Below, one piece after another: positions 26,611 to 36,884 of a stretch of DNA of 54,297 nucleotides. The notes beneath the pieces were generated by a model, which saw nothing but the letters and a program-made list of their open reading frames with translations, was not told where the DNA came from and ran no database searches. The position numbers and the translations under genes were made by a program. The number at the start of each line of letters is the position of its first letter. Positions within the stretch are counted from its first letter, which is position 1. The stretch lies in assembly GCA_040218735.1 (NCBI GenBank), contig JAVJQW010000036.1, forward strand, positions 1 to 54,297, read 5' to 3'. Source of the stretch: Deltaproteobacteria bacterium (GTDB taxonomy: Bacteria > Myxococcota > Kuafuiibacteriia > Kuafuiibacteriales > Kuafuiibacteriaceae).

Positions 26611-27540
26611 CTACGTCTTGCGCGTGAGCGGGAACAGCTGCATCGCGAGGTGGTAGACCTCGGGGGCGTCTTCGCCCTCCTCCGCCAGGTCGTCGTCGTC
26701 GATCATGTCGAGCAGATCGCGACGGCACTGCTCGATGCGTGCACGCACGAGATCGTACTTCCGCGGCGACAACACAAACGTGAGCGCGGTGATGTCGCGT
26801 TTGTTGATCGCGACGGTGTCGAGCGTCTGCGCGGCCTCCTCGAGCATCGCGCGGTGGAAGTTCCGGATCGCGAGCGAGCGGACCTTCGGACCGGTCGACA
26901 ACTTCGTCTGCGACGAGCGCAGGCGACCCTCGGCGTCGCGGACGACGAGCCCGACCTCCTGCAGCAGATCGAGCGCGCGCTTCGCATCGGCGGGGCTGAT
27001 CTCCGGACGCAGCCGACGCGCGATCCACGCGGGGTCCTCAACGAAGTCGGGGAGCAGCAACATCTCGCGCACGGCGAGGATGAACCACTCCGCGTAGACC
27101 TCGTACTGCGCCTCCTCGATGCGCCCGGTGCCGACCGAGTCACGCTGCTTCTTGAGGCGTAGATAGTAGCGGTTGCGTTCGGCGTCGGTGGTCGCCTGCC
27201 CGAGCATCACGAGGGTTTCGAACGTCTCCTGCTCACGCTCGTCGAGGCCGAGCCCGACGGCGAACTTCGCGATCGATGCGTTCGAGAGGTTGCGCTTCCC
27301 CTCGGCGACGAGCTGCAGGAAATTCGGAGACCGAAAGCCCGCGACGCGCGAGAAGTAGCGATACGAAAACTGCCGCTTGGTCGCCTTGAGGTAGACGATC
27401 ATCTCGCGCAGGTAGGTCCGGTAGTCGTCGAACGCCTCCGGCGCAGGACGCTCGATCGTATTCTCCTCGTCTGCGGGCACGTCCGCATCCGGTGCGGATG
27501 AGGACAACGATTCGCCTTCGATCGCCGGTTCTGAAGCCAC
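26611..27540 (-). CDS. TIGR02147 family protein
   Basis: DYRTYL...FSYRYFSRVAGFRSPNFL...GKRNL and C-terminal VYHLAMQLFPLT. Confidence 0.9.
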   Translation of the reverse strand: MASEPAIEGESLSSSAPDADVPADEENTIERPAPEAFDDYRTYLREMIVYLKATKRQFSYRYFSRVAGFRSPNFLQLVAEGKRNLSNASIAKFAVGLGLDEREQETFETLVMLGQATTDAERNRYYLRLKKQRDSVGTGRIEEAQYEVYAEWFILAVREMLLLPDFVEDPAWIARRLRPEISPADAKRALDLLQEVGLVVRDAEGRLRSSQTKLSTGPKVRSLAIRNFHRAMLEEAAQTLDTVAINKRDITALTFVLSPRKYDLVRARIEQCRRDLLDMIDDDDLAEEGEDAPEVYHLAMQLFPLTRKT

Positions 27541-27632
27541 GACACCATGGTGACGTATGCCCCGCGCATACGCAAACGGCTGACTCGGTCCGAGTCAGGT
27601 GAGCACGCGAGGCCCTGTCCCCCGAGCCCCGG

Positions 27633-28709
27633 TCACGAGAACCACTTGGACAGCCGCGGGCCTCGCTGCTCGGCGTAGTGGCTCGCGATGTCCGCACCGT
27701 AGAGCCGGCGTGGGGGCGCGGTGAGGCGCTCGTAGGCGAGCATACACACCGGCTGGCGGTGCCGAACGATCAGGTCGTCCTCGTACGGGCGCACCTCGAG
27801 CACGGCCGGCGTCCCCCGCCCGCGTGCGCCGAAGCCCGGGTCGAAGAAGCCGGCGTAGTGCGCGCGGAACTCTCCCGCGCTCGTGTCGTACGGGAGCATC
27901 TCGGCCGCGCAGGACGGCGGCACCACGAGGTGCTCGTAGGTGCTGAACACGTAGAACGCCTCGCGCGACAAGAACAACGCGCCGTCCTTCGGGCGAGGGA
28001 TTCGGTCGAAGTAGTCGCCGGGCGCGTGGGCGCCGATCTTGGCGAGGTCCAGCGGGCGGTAGCTCTTGCGTGCGCGCCAGCCGACGATCTCCTGGTCGAG
28101 ATCCAGCGTCATCAAGACCGCGCCGTCGCGCTGCCTCGACAGCGGCTCCCCGTCGGGCGTGAACAGCAACGTGCGCTCCGCCTCCAACACCGACAGCGCC
28201 TGCGGCCCGAGGACGTCGCGACCCTCGAAGAAGATCGCCTGGTTCAGGCTCGTCCCCGTGCGCAGCACGACGTCGAAGCTCTTCGGGATGATCTCCAACC
28301 ACAGCGCACCCTCGTACCCGGCGCTGATGCGGTCGTAGCGCGCCGAGCGGCTGGTGAGGACGCGCGTCTGCACGTCGATGCGTCCGGTGCTGCTCTTGTT
28401 GTTCGCGTACGCCGCGACGTGCGGCGGGAGCGCGAGCGACTCCGCGAGACGCACGACGTAGACCTCGCCGCGCACGAGCACCTCGCCGTTCACGAGATCG
28501 AGGCGCCGCCGCGCGAACCGCGTGACGACGTCGCGCACGTCCTCGTCGAAGAGCGGGAGCATGCTCCCCGGCACCGAGTACCCCTCTTCGCCGACGGTGA
28601 GGTCGAGCGACGCCGGTTGGATCCGCGCGTCGGCGATCCCGCCCTCGGAACGAATCGCGCCGCGGTCGACCAGCGCGCGGATCGCGTCGTCGGCGAAGGT
28701 CCCGGTCAC
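27633..28709 (-). CDS. dcd: dCTP deaminase (long dUTPase-fold DCD family)
   Basis: IQPASLDL, NKSSTGRIDV and GEFRAHYAGFFDPGFG motifs. Confidence 0.88.
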   Translation of the reverse strand: MTGTFADDAIRALVDRGAIRSEGGIADARIQPASLDLTVGEEGYSVPGSMLPLFDEDVRDVVTRFARRRLDLVNGEVLVRGEVYVVRLAESLALPPHVAAYANNKSSTGRIDVQTRVLTSRSARYDRISAGYEGALWLEIIPKSFDVVLRTGTSLNQAIFFEGRDVLGPQALSVLEAERTLLFTPDGEPLSRQRDGAVLMTLDLDQEIVGWRARKSYRPLDLAKIGAHAPGDYFDRIPRPKDGALFLSREAFYVFSTYEHLVVPPSCAAEMLPYDTSAGEFRAHYAGFFDPGFGARGRGTPAVLEVRPYEDDLIVRHRQPVCMLAYERLTAPPRRLYGADIASHYAEQRGPRLSKWFS

Positions 28710-28719
28710 GGGTTACAGG

Positions 28720-29835
28720 TTAAGCCGAAGCCTCGCCGTCCACCACGGGGAGCCGGCGGCGCCGACGCAGGTCCACGTTCCCGAGCTGCCCACACGCCGC
28801 CATGACGGAGCGCCCCTTCGTCACGCGGCGACGCACCGGGAGGCCATCCTCCTGCAACCAGGCGCAGAAGCGATCCACCTCTTCGTCCGTCGGCGCGCGG
28901 GTGAGCGGCGCGCTCCCGGGGTTGTACGGGATGACGTTCACGAGCACGCGACCGATCGGCGCGCAGAACTCGGCGACAGCGCGCGCGTCTTCGCGCGTGT
29001 CGTTGAAGTCCGGGAGCAGGCAGTAGTTGACCGCGTACACGAAGTTCTTGCGGCGCGGGTAGTCGACGAGCGCGGCCTGGAGCTTCGCGAGGGGGTGCTT
29101 GCGGTTGATCGGCATCAGCGTGTCGCGTTTGTCGTCGAACGCCGCGTTGAGGCTGACCGACACGTTGAGCCGCGGCCACCTGAGCGCGCCGAGGCGCCGC
29201 AGCCCGTCCGGGTTGCCGGCGGTGCAGACCGTCATGCGCTGCTGCGAGTACGACAGGCCGCGACGGTCCGCGAACACCCGCAGCGCGTGGAGCATGTGGT
29301 CGGCGTTGTCGAGCGGCTCGCCCATCCCCATGAAGACGATGTTCTTGATCGGCCAGCCGAGCGCCGTCTGGGCGACGACGACCTGCGCGACGATCTCCGA
29401 GACCGACAGATTCCGCAGCAGCCCCATTCTGCCGGTCTCGCAGAACGCGCAGGCCAGCTTGCAGCCGACCTGGCTCGACACACACAGCGTGTAACGTCCG
29501 CCGCCCATCGGGATACGGACGCACTCGATCTCCAGATCGTCGTGGGTCTTCAGCACCGCCTTGATCGTCGTGCCGCGCGCGTCGGGCTCGTCCGTGGTGC
29601 GCACCACCTCGGGCAGGGTCAGTGAGAAGTGCGCGCGCCACTCGGCGCAGGAGCGCTCGTTCAGCCCGTGGTCCTCGGGCGCGAACCGCCCGCGCAACAC
29701 GGCGTCGGCGTGGATTTCGCTCCACGCTCCTGCGCCCGAGGCCAGACGCTCGCGCGCCGCGTCCCGAAGCTCCTCCGCCGTGAGGCCCAAGAGGTCCACG
29801 CGAGCGTTGTCCAACGAACCGCGCGCGGTCGGCAA
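28720..29835 (-). CDS. rlmN: RlmN/Cfr family radical SAM RNA methyltransferase
   Basis: CVSSQVGCKLACAFC, FMGMGEP and AACGQL motifs. Confidence 0.85.
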   Translation of the reverse strand: MPTARGSLDNARVDLLGLTAEELRDAARERLASGAGAWSEIHADAVLRGRFAPEDHGLNERSCAEWRAHFSLTLPEVVRTTDEPDARGTTIKAVLKTHDDLEIECVRIPMGGGRYTLCVSSQVGCKLACAFCETGRMGLLRNLSVSEIVAQVVVAQTALGWPIKNIVFMGMGEPLDNADHMLHALRVFADRRGLSYSQQRMTVCTAGNPDGLRRLGALRWPRLNVSVSLNAAFDDKRDTLMPINRKHPLAKLQAALVDYPRRKNFVYAVNYCLLPDFNDTREDARAVAEFCAPIGRVLVNVIPYNPGSAPLTRAPTDEEVDRFCAWLQEDGLPVRRRVTKGRSVMAACGQLGNVDLRRRRRLPVVDGEASA

Positions 29836-29879
29836 GATGGTTGCTCCATCGTGTCTCGAGTGCGCATGCTCCGCGCCCG

Positions 29880-30821
29880 ATGCGGGCCCTCCTCGTCCTG
29901 TTGCTCCTGGCTGCGTGCACCGCGCCCACGCCCCCTCCGCCGCCGCCGGCGACCACGCCGAGCCGCATCGCCGGGAAGGCCGAGTTCCCGCCGCCCGAGG
30001 CGATGATCGGCGTCTCCGGCCTCGCGCTCCGCCCCGGCGGCACCTTCTACGCGGTCAGCGAACGCGAGCCGACGCTGTTCCCGATCGAGATCGGCCCCGA
30101 GGGCCAGCCGAAGGCCAAGGCGCCCCTCGAGATCCGCGGCAAGCCCGACGGCCTCGACCTCGAGTCCATGACCTTCCTCGACGCCAACACCGTCGCGTTT
30201 GGTACGGAGTCCGACGACGAAGCCCGCACCGAGGACGCCATCCTCTACGCGGCGATCGCCGACGACGGCGTCACGATCCTCGACGAGCGCACGCGCGCGT
30301 TCTTCCCGTACGCCCCCTTCGGGATCCGCCCCGAAGGCAACCGCGGCATCGAAGGGCTGTGCTCGATCGACGCGAAGCTGATCGCCGCGAGCGAGCAGGT
30401 CTTCGAGAAGGACGGACGACGCCTCGCGCCCCTCGGCGTCTACGACCCGCTCACCAAGTCGTGGGCCTCCCACGCCGTCGTGCTCACGAGCGAAGCCGGG
30501 AAGATCTCCGCCCTCGCCTGCGCCGGCGGCCCCGCGCACGCCGAGGTCTGGGCGATCGAACGACACTACGAGACGGTGCGGGTGATTCGGTTCGACGTGC
30601 CCCTCGGCGCCCAGGCCATGCAGACGATCGAAGCGACCCTCGTCGAAGACCTCGGCCCGACGCTCGGCCCCAAGCCGAAAAACTACGAAGGCCTCGCCGC
30701 CGCGCCCGGCGGTGGCCTCTACCTGATCAGCGACAACAGCTACGGCCGGCTCGACGGGCCGACCACGCTCCTCCTCTTCGTCCCGCAGACCACCAGCGCC
30801 GCCCCTGCCGTCGCGCCGTAG
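29880..30821 (+). CDS. Lipoprotein, phytase-like/SdiA-regulated beta-propeller
   Basis: Lipobox LLAAC; GVSGL, DLESM, GIEGL and NYEGL...LISDN motifs. Confidence 0.7.
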   Translation: MRALLVLLLLAACTAPTPPPPPPATTPSRIAGKAEFPPPEAMIGVSGLALRPGGTFYAVSEREPTLFPIEIGPEGQPKAKAPLEIRGKPDGLDLESMTFLDANTVAFGTESDDEARTEDAILYAAIADDGVTILDERTRAFFPYAPFGIRPEGNRGIEGLCSIDAKLIAASEQVFEKDGRRLAPLGVYDPLTKSWASHAVVLTSEAGKISALACAGGPAHAEVWAIERHYETVRVIRFDVPLGAQAMQTIEATLVEDLGPTLGPKPKNYEGLAAAPGGGLYLISDNSYGRLDGPTTLLLFVPQTTSAAPAVAP

Positions 30822-30826
30822 TCACG

Positions 30827-31408
30827 ATGCCCTCCGTCTCGGATCTCCGCCTCGCTCTGTCTTCGCACGCGCCGAAGACCATCCCGCTCGAGGCGCACAT
30901 GCGAAAGGCGGCCGTCGCGGCGATCTTTCGGAAAGCGGAGCGCGGCGTGGACCTGCTCCTCATCGTCCGCGCCGTGCACGAGCGCGACCCGTGGTCGGGC
31001 CACATGGCGTTCCCGGGGGGCCGCGTCGAAGCCCACGATCCGGACCCGCTCGCCGCGGCGATCCGCGAGACGAAGGAGGAGGTCGACGTCGACCTCGTGC
31101 GCAGCGCGACGCACCTCGGGCCGCTTTCCCACGTGCTCGCGAAGTCCCACGGCAAGCCGGTGCCGCTGGTGATCGTTCCGCACGTGTTCCTGCTCGACGA
31201 GCCGGTGACGCTCACGCCCGACCCGAGCGAGGTCGCCGACACGTTGTACGTCCCGTTCGATCACCTCCTCGACCCCGCGAACCGCGACTCGATGCAGCGC
31301 AAGTACGGCGGCATCCCGCTGACGTTCGCGTGTTACCGTTTCGGCGAGCGCATCCTCTGGGGCCTCACGCTGCAGATGATCGACGAGCTCCGCGGGATGT
31401 TCACCTGA
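30827..31408 (+). CDS. Nudix hydrolase, CoA pyrophosphatase type
   Basis: WSGHMAFPGG...AAIRETKEEV and LWGLT motifs. Confidence 0.9.
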   Translation: MPSVSDLRLALSSHAPKTIPLEAHMRKAAVAAIFRKAERGVDLLLIVRAVHERDPWSGHMAFPGGRVEAHDPDPLAAAIRETKEEVDVDLVRSATHLGPLSHVLAKSHGKPVPLVIVPHVFLLDEPVTLTPDPSEVADTLYVPFDHLLDPANRDSMQRKYGGIPLTFACYRFGERILWGLTLQMIDELRGMFT

Positions 31409-33351
31409 TGGCCCTCCTCGCCGCCGACGAGCTGCACCTCGCCTACGGTGCACGGACGATCTTCGACGGCGCTTCGGTCGCCGTGGAGCGACGCGACCGC
31501 CTCGGCGTGGTCGGCGCGAACGGGAGCGGCAAGAGCACCCTCCTCAAGATCCTCGCGGGCGGCATCGAGCCGGACGGCGGACGTATCGTTCGCGCGAAGG
31601 GGCTGCGCGTCGGTTACCTCGCGCAGGAGCACGGCGACGTCGGCGACGGCACACTCCTCGAACACGTCCTCGCGCGCGCGCCCGGGCGCGATACGCTCGC
31701 GCTCCGCGTCGAGGAGGTGCAGAGCGCGCTCGCGGAGGCGTCGGACACCGACGAGCAGATGGCGCTGTCGGAGGAGCTCGCGGATCTGGTGGAGGCGCTC
31801 GGCGCGCTGGACAAGGACTTCGCGCCGCACCGCGCGAAACGCATCCTCGTCGGGCTCGGGTTCGCGCTCACCGACTTCGACCGCCGCGTCGACGAGTTCT
31901 CCGGCGGCTGGCGCATGCGCGCCGCGCTCGCCGCGCTGCTCTTCGAGAAGCCGGACGTGCTTCTGCTGGACGAGCCGACCAACCACCTCGACGTCCCGAG
32001 CGTCCACTGGCTCACCCGCTTCCTCGACAGCGTGAAGCAGGCGATCGTCCTGACCTGCCACGACAAGGAGTTCCTCAACCGCCACGTCAAACGCGTCGCG
32101 AGCCTGGAGCTGGAGGGGGTGCGTGTCTTCTCGGGCAACTACGACGAGTACCTCGAACAACGCGAGCTGGACCTCGCGATGCTCGAGCGGCGCGCGGAGA
32201 AGGACGAGCAGAAGAAGAAGGAGCTGGAGGCGTTCGTCACGCGCTTCCGAGCGAAGGCGTCGAAGGCGAGGCAGGCGCAGAGCAAGGTCAAACAGATCGA
32301 GAAGCTCGAGTCGCAGATGGTCGACATCCCGAAGGTGCGCCGCGCGATGTCGATCGCGTTCGAGCCCACCGAGCGCACCGGCGGCGACGTCATCCGGGTG
32401 TCGGACCTCGCGTTCGGCTACGGCGAGCACCGCCTGTTCTCGAAGCTCGACCTGCTGGTCCGCGCGCACGAGCGTATCGCGATCGTCGGCGCCAACGGCG
32501 CGGGCAAGACCACGCTCCTCAAGCTCATCGCCGGCGAGCTGTCCCCGGAAGCCGGCTCGATCGACTTCGGCAGCGGCGTCGGCGCGAGTTACTTCGCGCA
32601 GCACCACTCCGAGACCCTCGACGAGAACGCGACGGTGCTCGACTCGGTGTGGGCGATGGCGCCGGACCTCTCGCAGAGCGCTGCGCGCGGGTTGTGCGGG
32701 GCGTTCCTGTTCTCGGGCGACGACGTCGACAAACGGATCGGCGTCCTCTCCGGCGGCGAGCGCGCGCGCGTCGCGTTGGCGCGGATGCTCGCGCGTCCGA
32801 AGAACCTGCTGCTCCTCGACGAGCCCACCAACCACCTCGACACCGAGTCGGCCGACAAACTCACCGAGTCGCTCGACACGTACGACGGCACGTTGCTCTT
32901 CGTCTCCCACAACCTCGACTTCGCGCGGCGCCTCTCGAACGTGGTCTGGGACGTCAGCGCCGGCTCGGTGACGACCTACCCCGGTTCGCTCGCGGACTAC
33001 CTCGACCACGTCGCCGCGCAGCAAGACGCGCTCGACGCCGAGCTCGCGGAGGACGACACCGCCGCCGTCCCGCAGGACAAAGCCGCACGCATCGCCGCCC
33101 GCGAGGAGAAGAAGGCGCGCGAGAAGGAAGCCCGAAAGAAGCGCGCGGCGCTCGACCGCGCGGCGGCGGAGATCGAGGCGAAGATCGCCTCACTCGAAAC
33201 GCAAAAAGCCGAGCTCGAGCAGCTCCTCGTCGACAACACCGACGACCACGAGGCCCTCGCTAAACACGGCGCTCAGCTCACTCAGGTGAACGCGTCGCTC
33301 GAGGCGGCGATGGATCGCTGGACGGAGATCGAGATCGAACGCGAGGGTTAG
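31408..33351 (+). CDS. ABC-F family ATPase
   Basis: Two ABC domains (GANGSGKST, GANGAGKTT, LDEPTNHLD twice), no TM helices, coiled-coil tail. Confidence 0.95.
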   Translation: MALLAADELHLAYGARTIFDGASVAVERRDRLGVVGANGSGKSTLLKILAGGIEPDGGRIVRAKGLRVGYLAQEHGDVGDGTLLEHVLARAPGRDTLALRVEEVQSALAEASDTDEQMALSEELADLVEALGALDKDFAPHRAKRILVGLGFALTDFDRRVDEFSGGWRMRAALAALLFEKPDVLLLDEPTNHLDVPSVHWLTRFLDSVKQAIVLTCHDKEFLNRHVKRVASLELEGVRVFSGNYDEYLEQRELDLAMLERRAEKDEQKKKELEAFVTRFRAKASKARQAQSKVKQIEKLESQMVDIPKVRRAMSIAFEPTERTGGDVIRVSDLAFGYGEHRLFSKLDLLVRAHERIAIVGANGAGKTTLLKLIAGELSPEAGSIDFGSGVGASYFAQHHSETLDENATVLDSVWAMAPDLSQSAARGLCGAFLFSGDDVDKRIGVLSGGERARVALARMLARPKNLLLLDEPTNHLDTESADKLTESLDTYDGTLLFVSHNLDFARRLSNVVWDVSAGSVTTYPGSLADYLDHVAAQQDALDAELAEDDTAAVPQDKAARIAAREEKKAREKEARKKRAALDRAAAEIEAKIASLETQKAELEQLLVDNTDDHEALAKHGAQLTQVNASLEAAMDRWTEIEIEREG

Positions 33352-33353
33352 GA

Positions 33354-33366
33354 GCCCCTTCGGGGC
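33354..33366. terminator. Small hairpin between convergent genes
   Basis: GCCCC-TTC-GGGGC; no U tract. Confidence 0.3.
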
Positions 33367-33367
33367 G

Positions 33368-34042
33368 TCAGACCAGCTCGTCCTCGTCGAAGTAGTCGAT
33401 CTTGTGCAGCGGCATGATCACCGACGACAGGATGTTCGTCGTGTGGCTCGCGATGCGCTTGTAGAAGCGCGCGAGGAGCACCATCGCGACGGTCGAGCTG
33501 GACGCGAAGCTGGCGTTCGCGATGCGCGGGACCAACGCGTCGGCGCGTTTGTTGAGCTCGCGGCCGCGGCGGATGAGCTGCTCGGCGGCCTTGGTGTCGG
33601 ACTCCTGGAACACCGGGCCCGCCTGCCCGAGCATCCCCTCGACGGCGCGGCCGACCTCGCGGAGCTCGTCGCGGATGTCGCCCTCCGGCAGGCGCCCGAG
33701 GTGGTCGACCTCCACGATGTTCTTCACGTAGTCGCCGATACGCTCCGCGTCCTTCACCACGTTGATGAGGACGAAGCAGTACGGCAGGTCGCGGTTGTCG
33801 CCCCCCGACGCCGCCAGGTGTGACAGCACCTTCTTGCGGGTCTTGCGCTCGAGTTTGTTGAGGCGGACGTCGCGCTCGTAGGTCTTCGCGCGGAGGGTGT
33901 CCGTCATCATGTCGCCCCACATCGCGACGTTCACCTCGCGGAACATCGTCTCCGCGAGGTCGAGCATCTCGAGGAACTCGGCGCCGAACTGGTGCGCGGC
34001 GTCGCCGTCGCCGCGGAGGATGGCGAGGAGGTCGAGGAACAT
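33368..34042 (-). CDS. PhoU-domain protein
   Basis: KDAERIGDYVKNI and KRIASHTTNI repeats; next to the Na/Pi transporter. Confidence 0.88.
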   Translation of the reverse strand: MFLDLLAILRGDGDAAHQFGAEFLEMLDLAETMFREVNVAMWGDMMTDTLRAKTYERDVRLNKLERKTRKKVLSHLAASGGDNRDLPYCFVLINVVKDAERIGDYVKNIVEVDHLGRLPEGDIRDELREVGRAVEGMLGQAGPVFQESDTKAAEQLIRRGRELNKRADALVPRIANASFASSSTVAMVLLARFYKRIASHTTNILSSVIMPLHKIDYFDEDELV

Positions 34043-34049
34043 GCGCGCC

Positions 34050-35297
34050 TCAGAACGACCGGCTCAGGAAGACGAGCGCCGCCGGCACGCCGTAGAACGC
34101 GCCGACCACGTAGATCAGCGCCCAGCGCTTGCTCTTCACCGCGACCCCGGCGAGCCACTGCGCCGCCTTCATGGGCCACCGCCGCGTCATCGGCGGGACG
34201 TAGAACAAGGCCGTCCCCATCAGGTTGAACAACAGGTGCACGATCGCGATCTGCCGTGCGAGATCCGCGGCCGGCCCGCTCACGGCCGACGCCGCGATCA
34301 GCGCGGTGACCGTCGTGCCGATGTTGGCACCGATCGTCACCGGGAAGACCTGCCACAGCCGCACCACGCCGGCGCCGGCGAGCGGCACCATCACCGAGGT
34401 CGTGATCGAGCTCGACTGCACGAGGACCGTCAGCACCGCGCCCGAGACGATCGAGAGGACGCCGCCCTTGAAGCCGCGGCCGAGCACCTTGCGGATGAAG
34501 CCCTCCATCCGCGAGAGCACCAGCGACTTCATCACGCGCACGATCAGCATCAACGACAGGAAGATCAGCCCGAACGCGAGGACGATGAGGAGGATGGAGC
34601 CGAAGAAGGCGTCCGCGGTGAGGAAGTCGATCGTCGACTCCATCGCGTGCACGCACCCCTTGAGCGCGCTCTTGAGCGGGCTCTTGTAGGTCGCGCCGGT
34701 CGCGGCCGTCGCCGGGAACAGACCGACCAACCAGGCGGAGGTCTTCTGGAGGACGCCCGTCGCGATCTCCAACGGGAGCAGCGCGAGCACGGTCAGGTAG
34801 TTGAAGAAGTCGTGGCAGGTCGCCGCTGCGAACGCGCGCCGGAACTCGGTGCGCCGACCGATCTGCGCGAGGGCCGCGACGGTGTTCGTGACCGTCGTCC
34901 CGATGTTCGCGCCCATCACGATCGGGATGGCGTTCTGAATCGGGAGCACGCCGCTCGCGGTGAGACCGACCACCAGCGAGGTCGTCACCGAGCTCGACTG
35001 CACCAAGGTCGTCGCGAGGATGCCGGTGACCAACCCGGTGAACGGGTTTTGCACCGCAGCGATCAAGCCGTCGATGACGCCAGAGCCGAGCCCCTTGATG
35101 CCGGTCGAGAGCGCCTGCACGCCGACCAGGAACAAGAACAGGAGGAGGAGCGCGAGGAGCGGCCGGAAGTACGCCGTCCAGGACGACCCGCCGGCGGCCT
35201 CCGCCTCCCCGGCGGGAAGATCCTTCGCGTCCGACGCATTGATGGCGTCGGAGCTTGCGTCAGGCCCGGGTTGCAGGATGCCGTCCGTCGGTCCCAT
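34050..35297 (-). CDS. Na/Pi cotransporter (NptA/SLC34 family)
   Basis: Two QSSS...GANIGTT repeats. Confidence 0.93.
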   Translation of the reverse strand: MGPTDGILQPGPDASSDAINASDAKDLPAGEAEAAGGSSWTAYFRPLLALLLLFLFLVGVQALSTGIKGLGSGVIDGLIAAVQNPFTGLVTGILATTLVQSSSVTTSLVVGLTASGVLPIQNAIPIVMGANIGTTVTNTVAALAQIGRRTEFRRAFAAATCHDFFNYLTVLALLPLEIATGVLQKTSAWLVGLFPATAATGATYKSPLKSALKGCVHAMESTIDFLTADAFFGSILLIVLAFGLIFLSLMLIVRVMKSLVLSRMEGFIRKVLGRGFKGGVLSIVSGAVLTVLVQSSSITTSVMVPLAGAGVVRLWQVFPVTIGANIGTTVTALIAASAVSGPAADLARQIAIVHLLFNLMGTALFYVPPMTRRWPMKAAQWLAGVAVKSKRWALIYVVGAFYGVPAALVFLSRSF

Positions 35298-35359
35298 CGT
35301 TGTTGACCACGCGTCTAAGCGCGTGACGGCGCTGCGTCAACGATGGGATCCCGGACACT

Positions 35360-35872
35360 TCAACCGTCTGCGTTTCCGGCACCTTGGGCCTGGCCCGCGG
35401 CGTGCTCTCCCACGATCCGAACGTAGTCCGGCCACGCGCTTTCGAACCCATCTTTGATCTTGCTTTCTACGACCCGGCCCACGACCGGAATCTTCACGTC
35501 GATGGTCGTGTCCAAGGTGAGCTGCGCACCGTCGCCCTTCGCGACGAGCCGGTAGCCGCCCTCGACCGTCACCTTGTTGCCGTGCGCGCCGCTCCACGAC
35601 CACCGCGCGCGCTGCGCGGGGACATCCCAACGGACGGTCGTTCGGTTCTCTTCGGTCTTGTTCCGATCGATTCCCTTGACCGTGCGTGCATGTGACACGC
35701 TGCGGACGGTGTACTCGTGCCGGGTGTCGGACTTCGACAGCTCGATCACCTCGACCTCCAGCGCGTTGCGCGAGCGCTCCGACTTCTCGATCATCGCGGG
35801 ATCCCGCATCGCGTTCATGACCGCCTCGGGGCTGAATGGGAGGTCGAAGGTGCGTTCTAGTTTCGTCGCCAT
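35360..35872 (-). CDS. DUF2505/SRPBCC-like protein
   Basis: VKIPVVGRVVE C-terminal motif and size. Confidence 0.7.
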   Translation of the reverse strand: MATKLERTFDLPFSPEAVMNAMRDPAMIEKSERSRNALEVEVIELSKSDTRHEYTVRSVSHARTVKGIDRNKTEENRTTVRWDVPAQRARWSWSGAHGNKVTVEGGYRLVAKGDGAQLTLDTTIDVKIPVVGRVVESKIKDGFESAWPDYVRIVGEHAAGQAQGAGNADG

Positions 35873-35896
35873 CGGCCGGAACCTTATCATCGCAGC

Positions 35897-36205
35897 GTGG
35901 AAGATTCGGAGTCGGATTTCGAACCGTGCGGGCTCTGCGGTCGACCGCTCGTGCCCGGTCCGAGCATCAACCGTCACCACCTCGTCCCCAAGACCTTCAA
36001 GGGTCGGGAGGCGGTTTCGATCCACCGCATCTGCCACTCGAAGATTCACTCGGTGTTCACCGAGCGGGAGCTCGCGAACCACTACCACACGTTCGAGCGC
36101 CTCCTCACCCACGAGGAGATCCTCAAGTTCGTGAAGTGGGTCCGGAAGAAGGACCCCGAGATGTACAGCAAGAACCGAACGACGCGCGCGAAGCGTCAGC
36201 GCTGA
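35897..36205 (+). CDS. Small HNH-like protein
   Basis: CGLCGR, HHLVPK and CHSKIH motifs. Confidence 0.8.
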   Translation: MEDSESDFEPCGLCGRPLVPGPSINRHHLVPKTFKGREAVSIHRICHSKIHSVFTERELANHYHTFERLLTHEEILKFVKWVRKKDPEMYSKNRTTRAKRQR

Positions 36206-36840
36206 CGTTCGATCAGGAACACGAGCTGCGTGAAGCTCGACAGCCCCTTCGCCTTGAACCGGGGCTCCTGCTCGATCAGGTCCTCACCGTGCAGCAGCTC
36301 GAGCTTCCCGAGCTCGGCGAAGTACCCCTCCACCTCCTGCCGCGGGACGGAGTGCGGCGGGCCGTTCATCTCGGACTGGTCGTAGTCGAACGTCACGAGG
36401 AGCAACCGACCGCCCGGCGCGAGGAGCCCCTTCAGGTGCTCGGCGTACTTCGGTCGCTGGTCCGGCGCGAGGGCGACGAGCGCCGCGCGGTCGTAGATGC
36501 ATTCGAAGGTCCCGAGCTCGCTCGGGCCGACGTCGAAGATGTTGCGCGCCCACAGCTCGACGCCGCCGCCGAAGTAGACGCCGTCGCCGCGCTGCTCGGG
36601 CTCGACCCCGCGCTCGGCGTAGTAGTCGACGACCGCCGACTCGACGAGCTCGACCCCCACGACCGGGTGTCCGCGCTCCGCGACGAACGTCATGTCCACG
36701 CTCTTGCCCGCGAGCGGCACCAGGACCCGCCCGCCCTGGGGGAAGTGCTCGCAGAAGCGCGCGAGCACCGGGTTCACCGCGTCACGGTGGAACCCGATCA
36801 TGTTTTCGCGCCACCGCTTTCGCCAGAAGGACTCTTCCAT
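36196..36840 (-). CDS. tpm: Thiopurine S-methyltransferase family
   Basis: FWxxRW...IGFH, VLVPLAGKSVD, YDRAALVAL and GPPHSV motifs. Confidence 0.9.
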   Translation of the reverse strand: MEESFWRKRWRENMIGFHRDAVNPVLARFCEHFPQGGRVLVPLAGKSVDMTFVAERGHPVVGVELVESAVVDYYAERGVEPEQRGDGVYFGGGVELWARNIFDVGPSELGTFECIYDRAALVALAPDQRPKYAEHLKGLLAPGGRLLLVTFDYDQSEMNGPPHSVPRQEVEGYFAELGKLELLHGEDLIEQEPRFKAKGLSSFTQLVFLIERQR

Positions 36841-36884
36841 CGCCCTGGTCTCTTTTCGCGTCGGGCGTTCGTTGGCAACACAGG

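Noticed and set aside
27633-28709. Anti-phage dCTP deaminase
   Set aside because: It is the dUTPase-fold housekeeping type and lacks the HxE/PCxxC Zn-deaminase motif of the defence enzymes.
35897-36205. Link between the small HNH gene and the terminal HNH element
   Set aside because: No sequence similarity and no associated conserved flank; it is a different small family.
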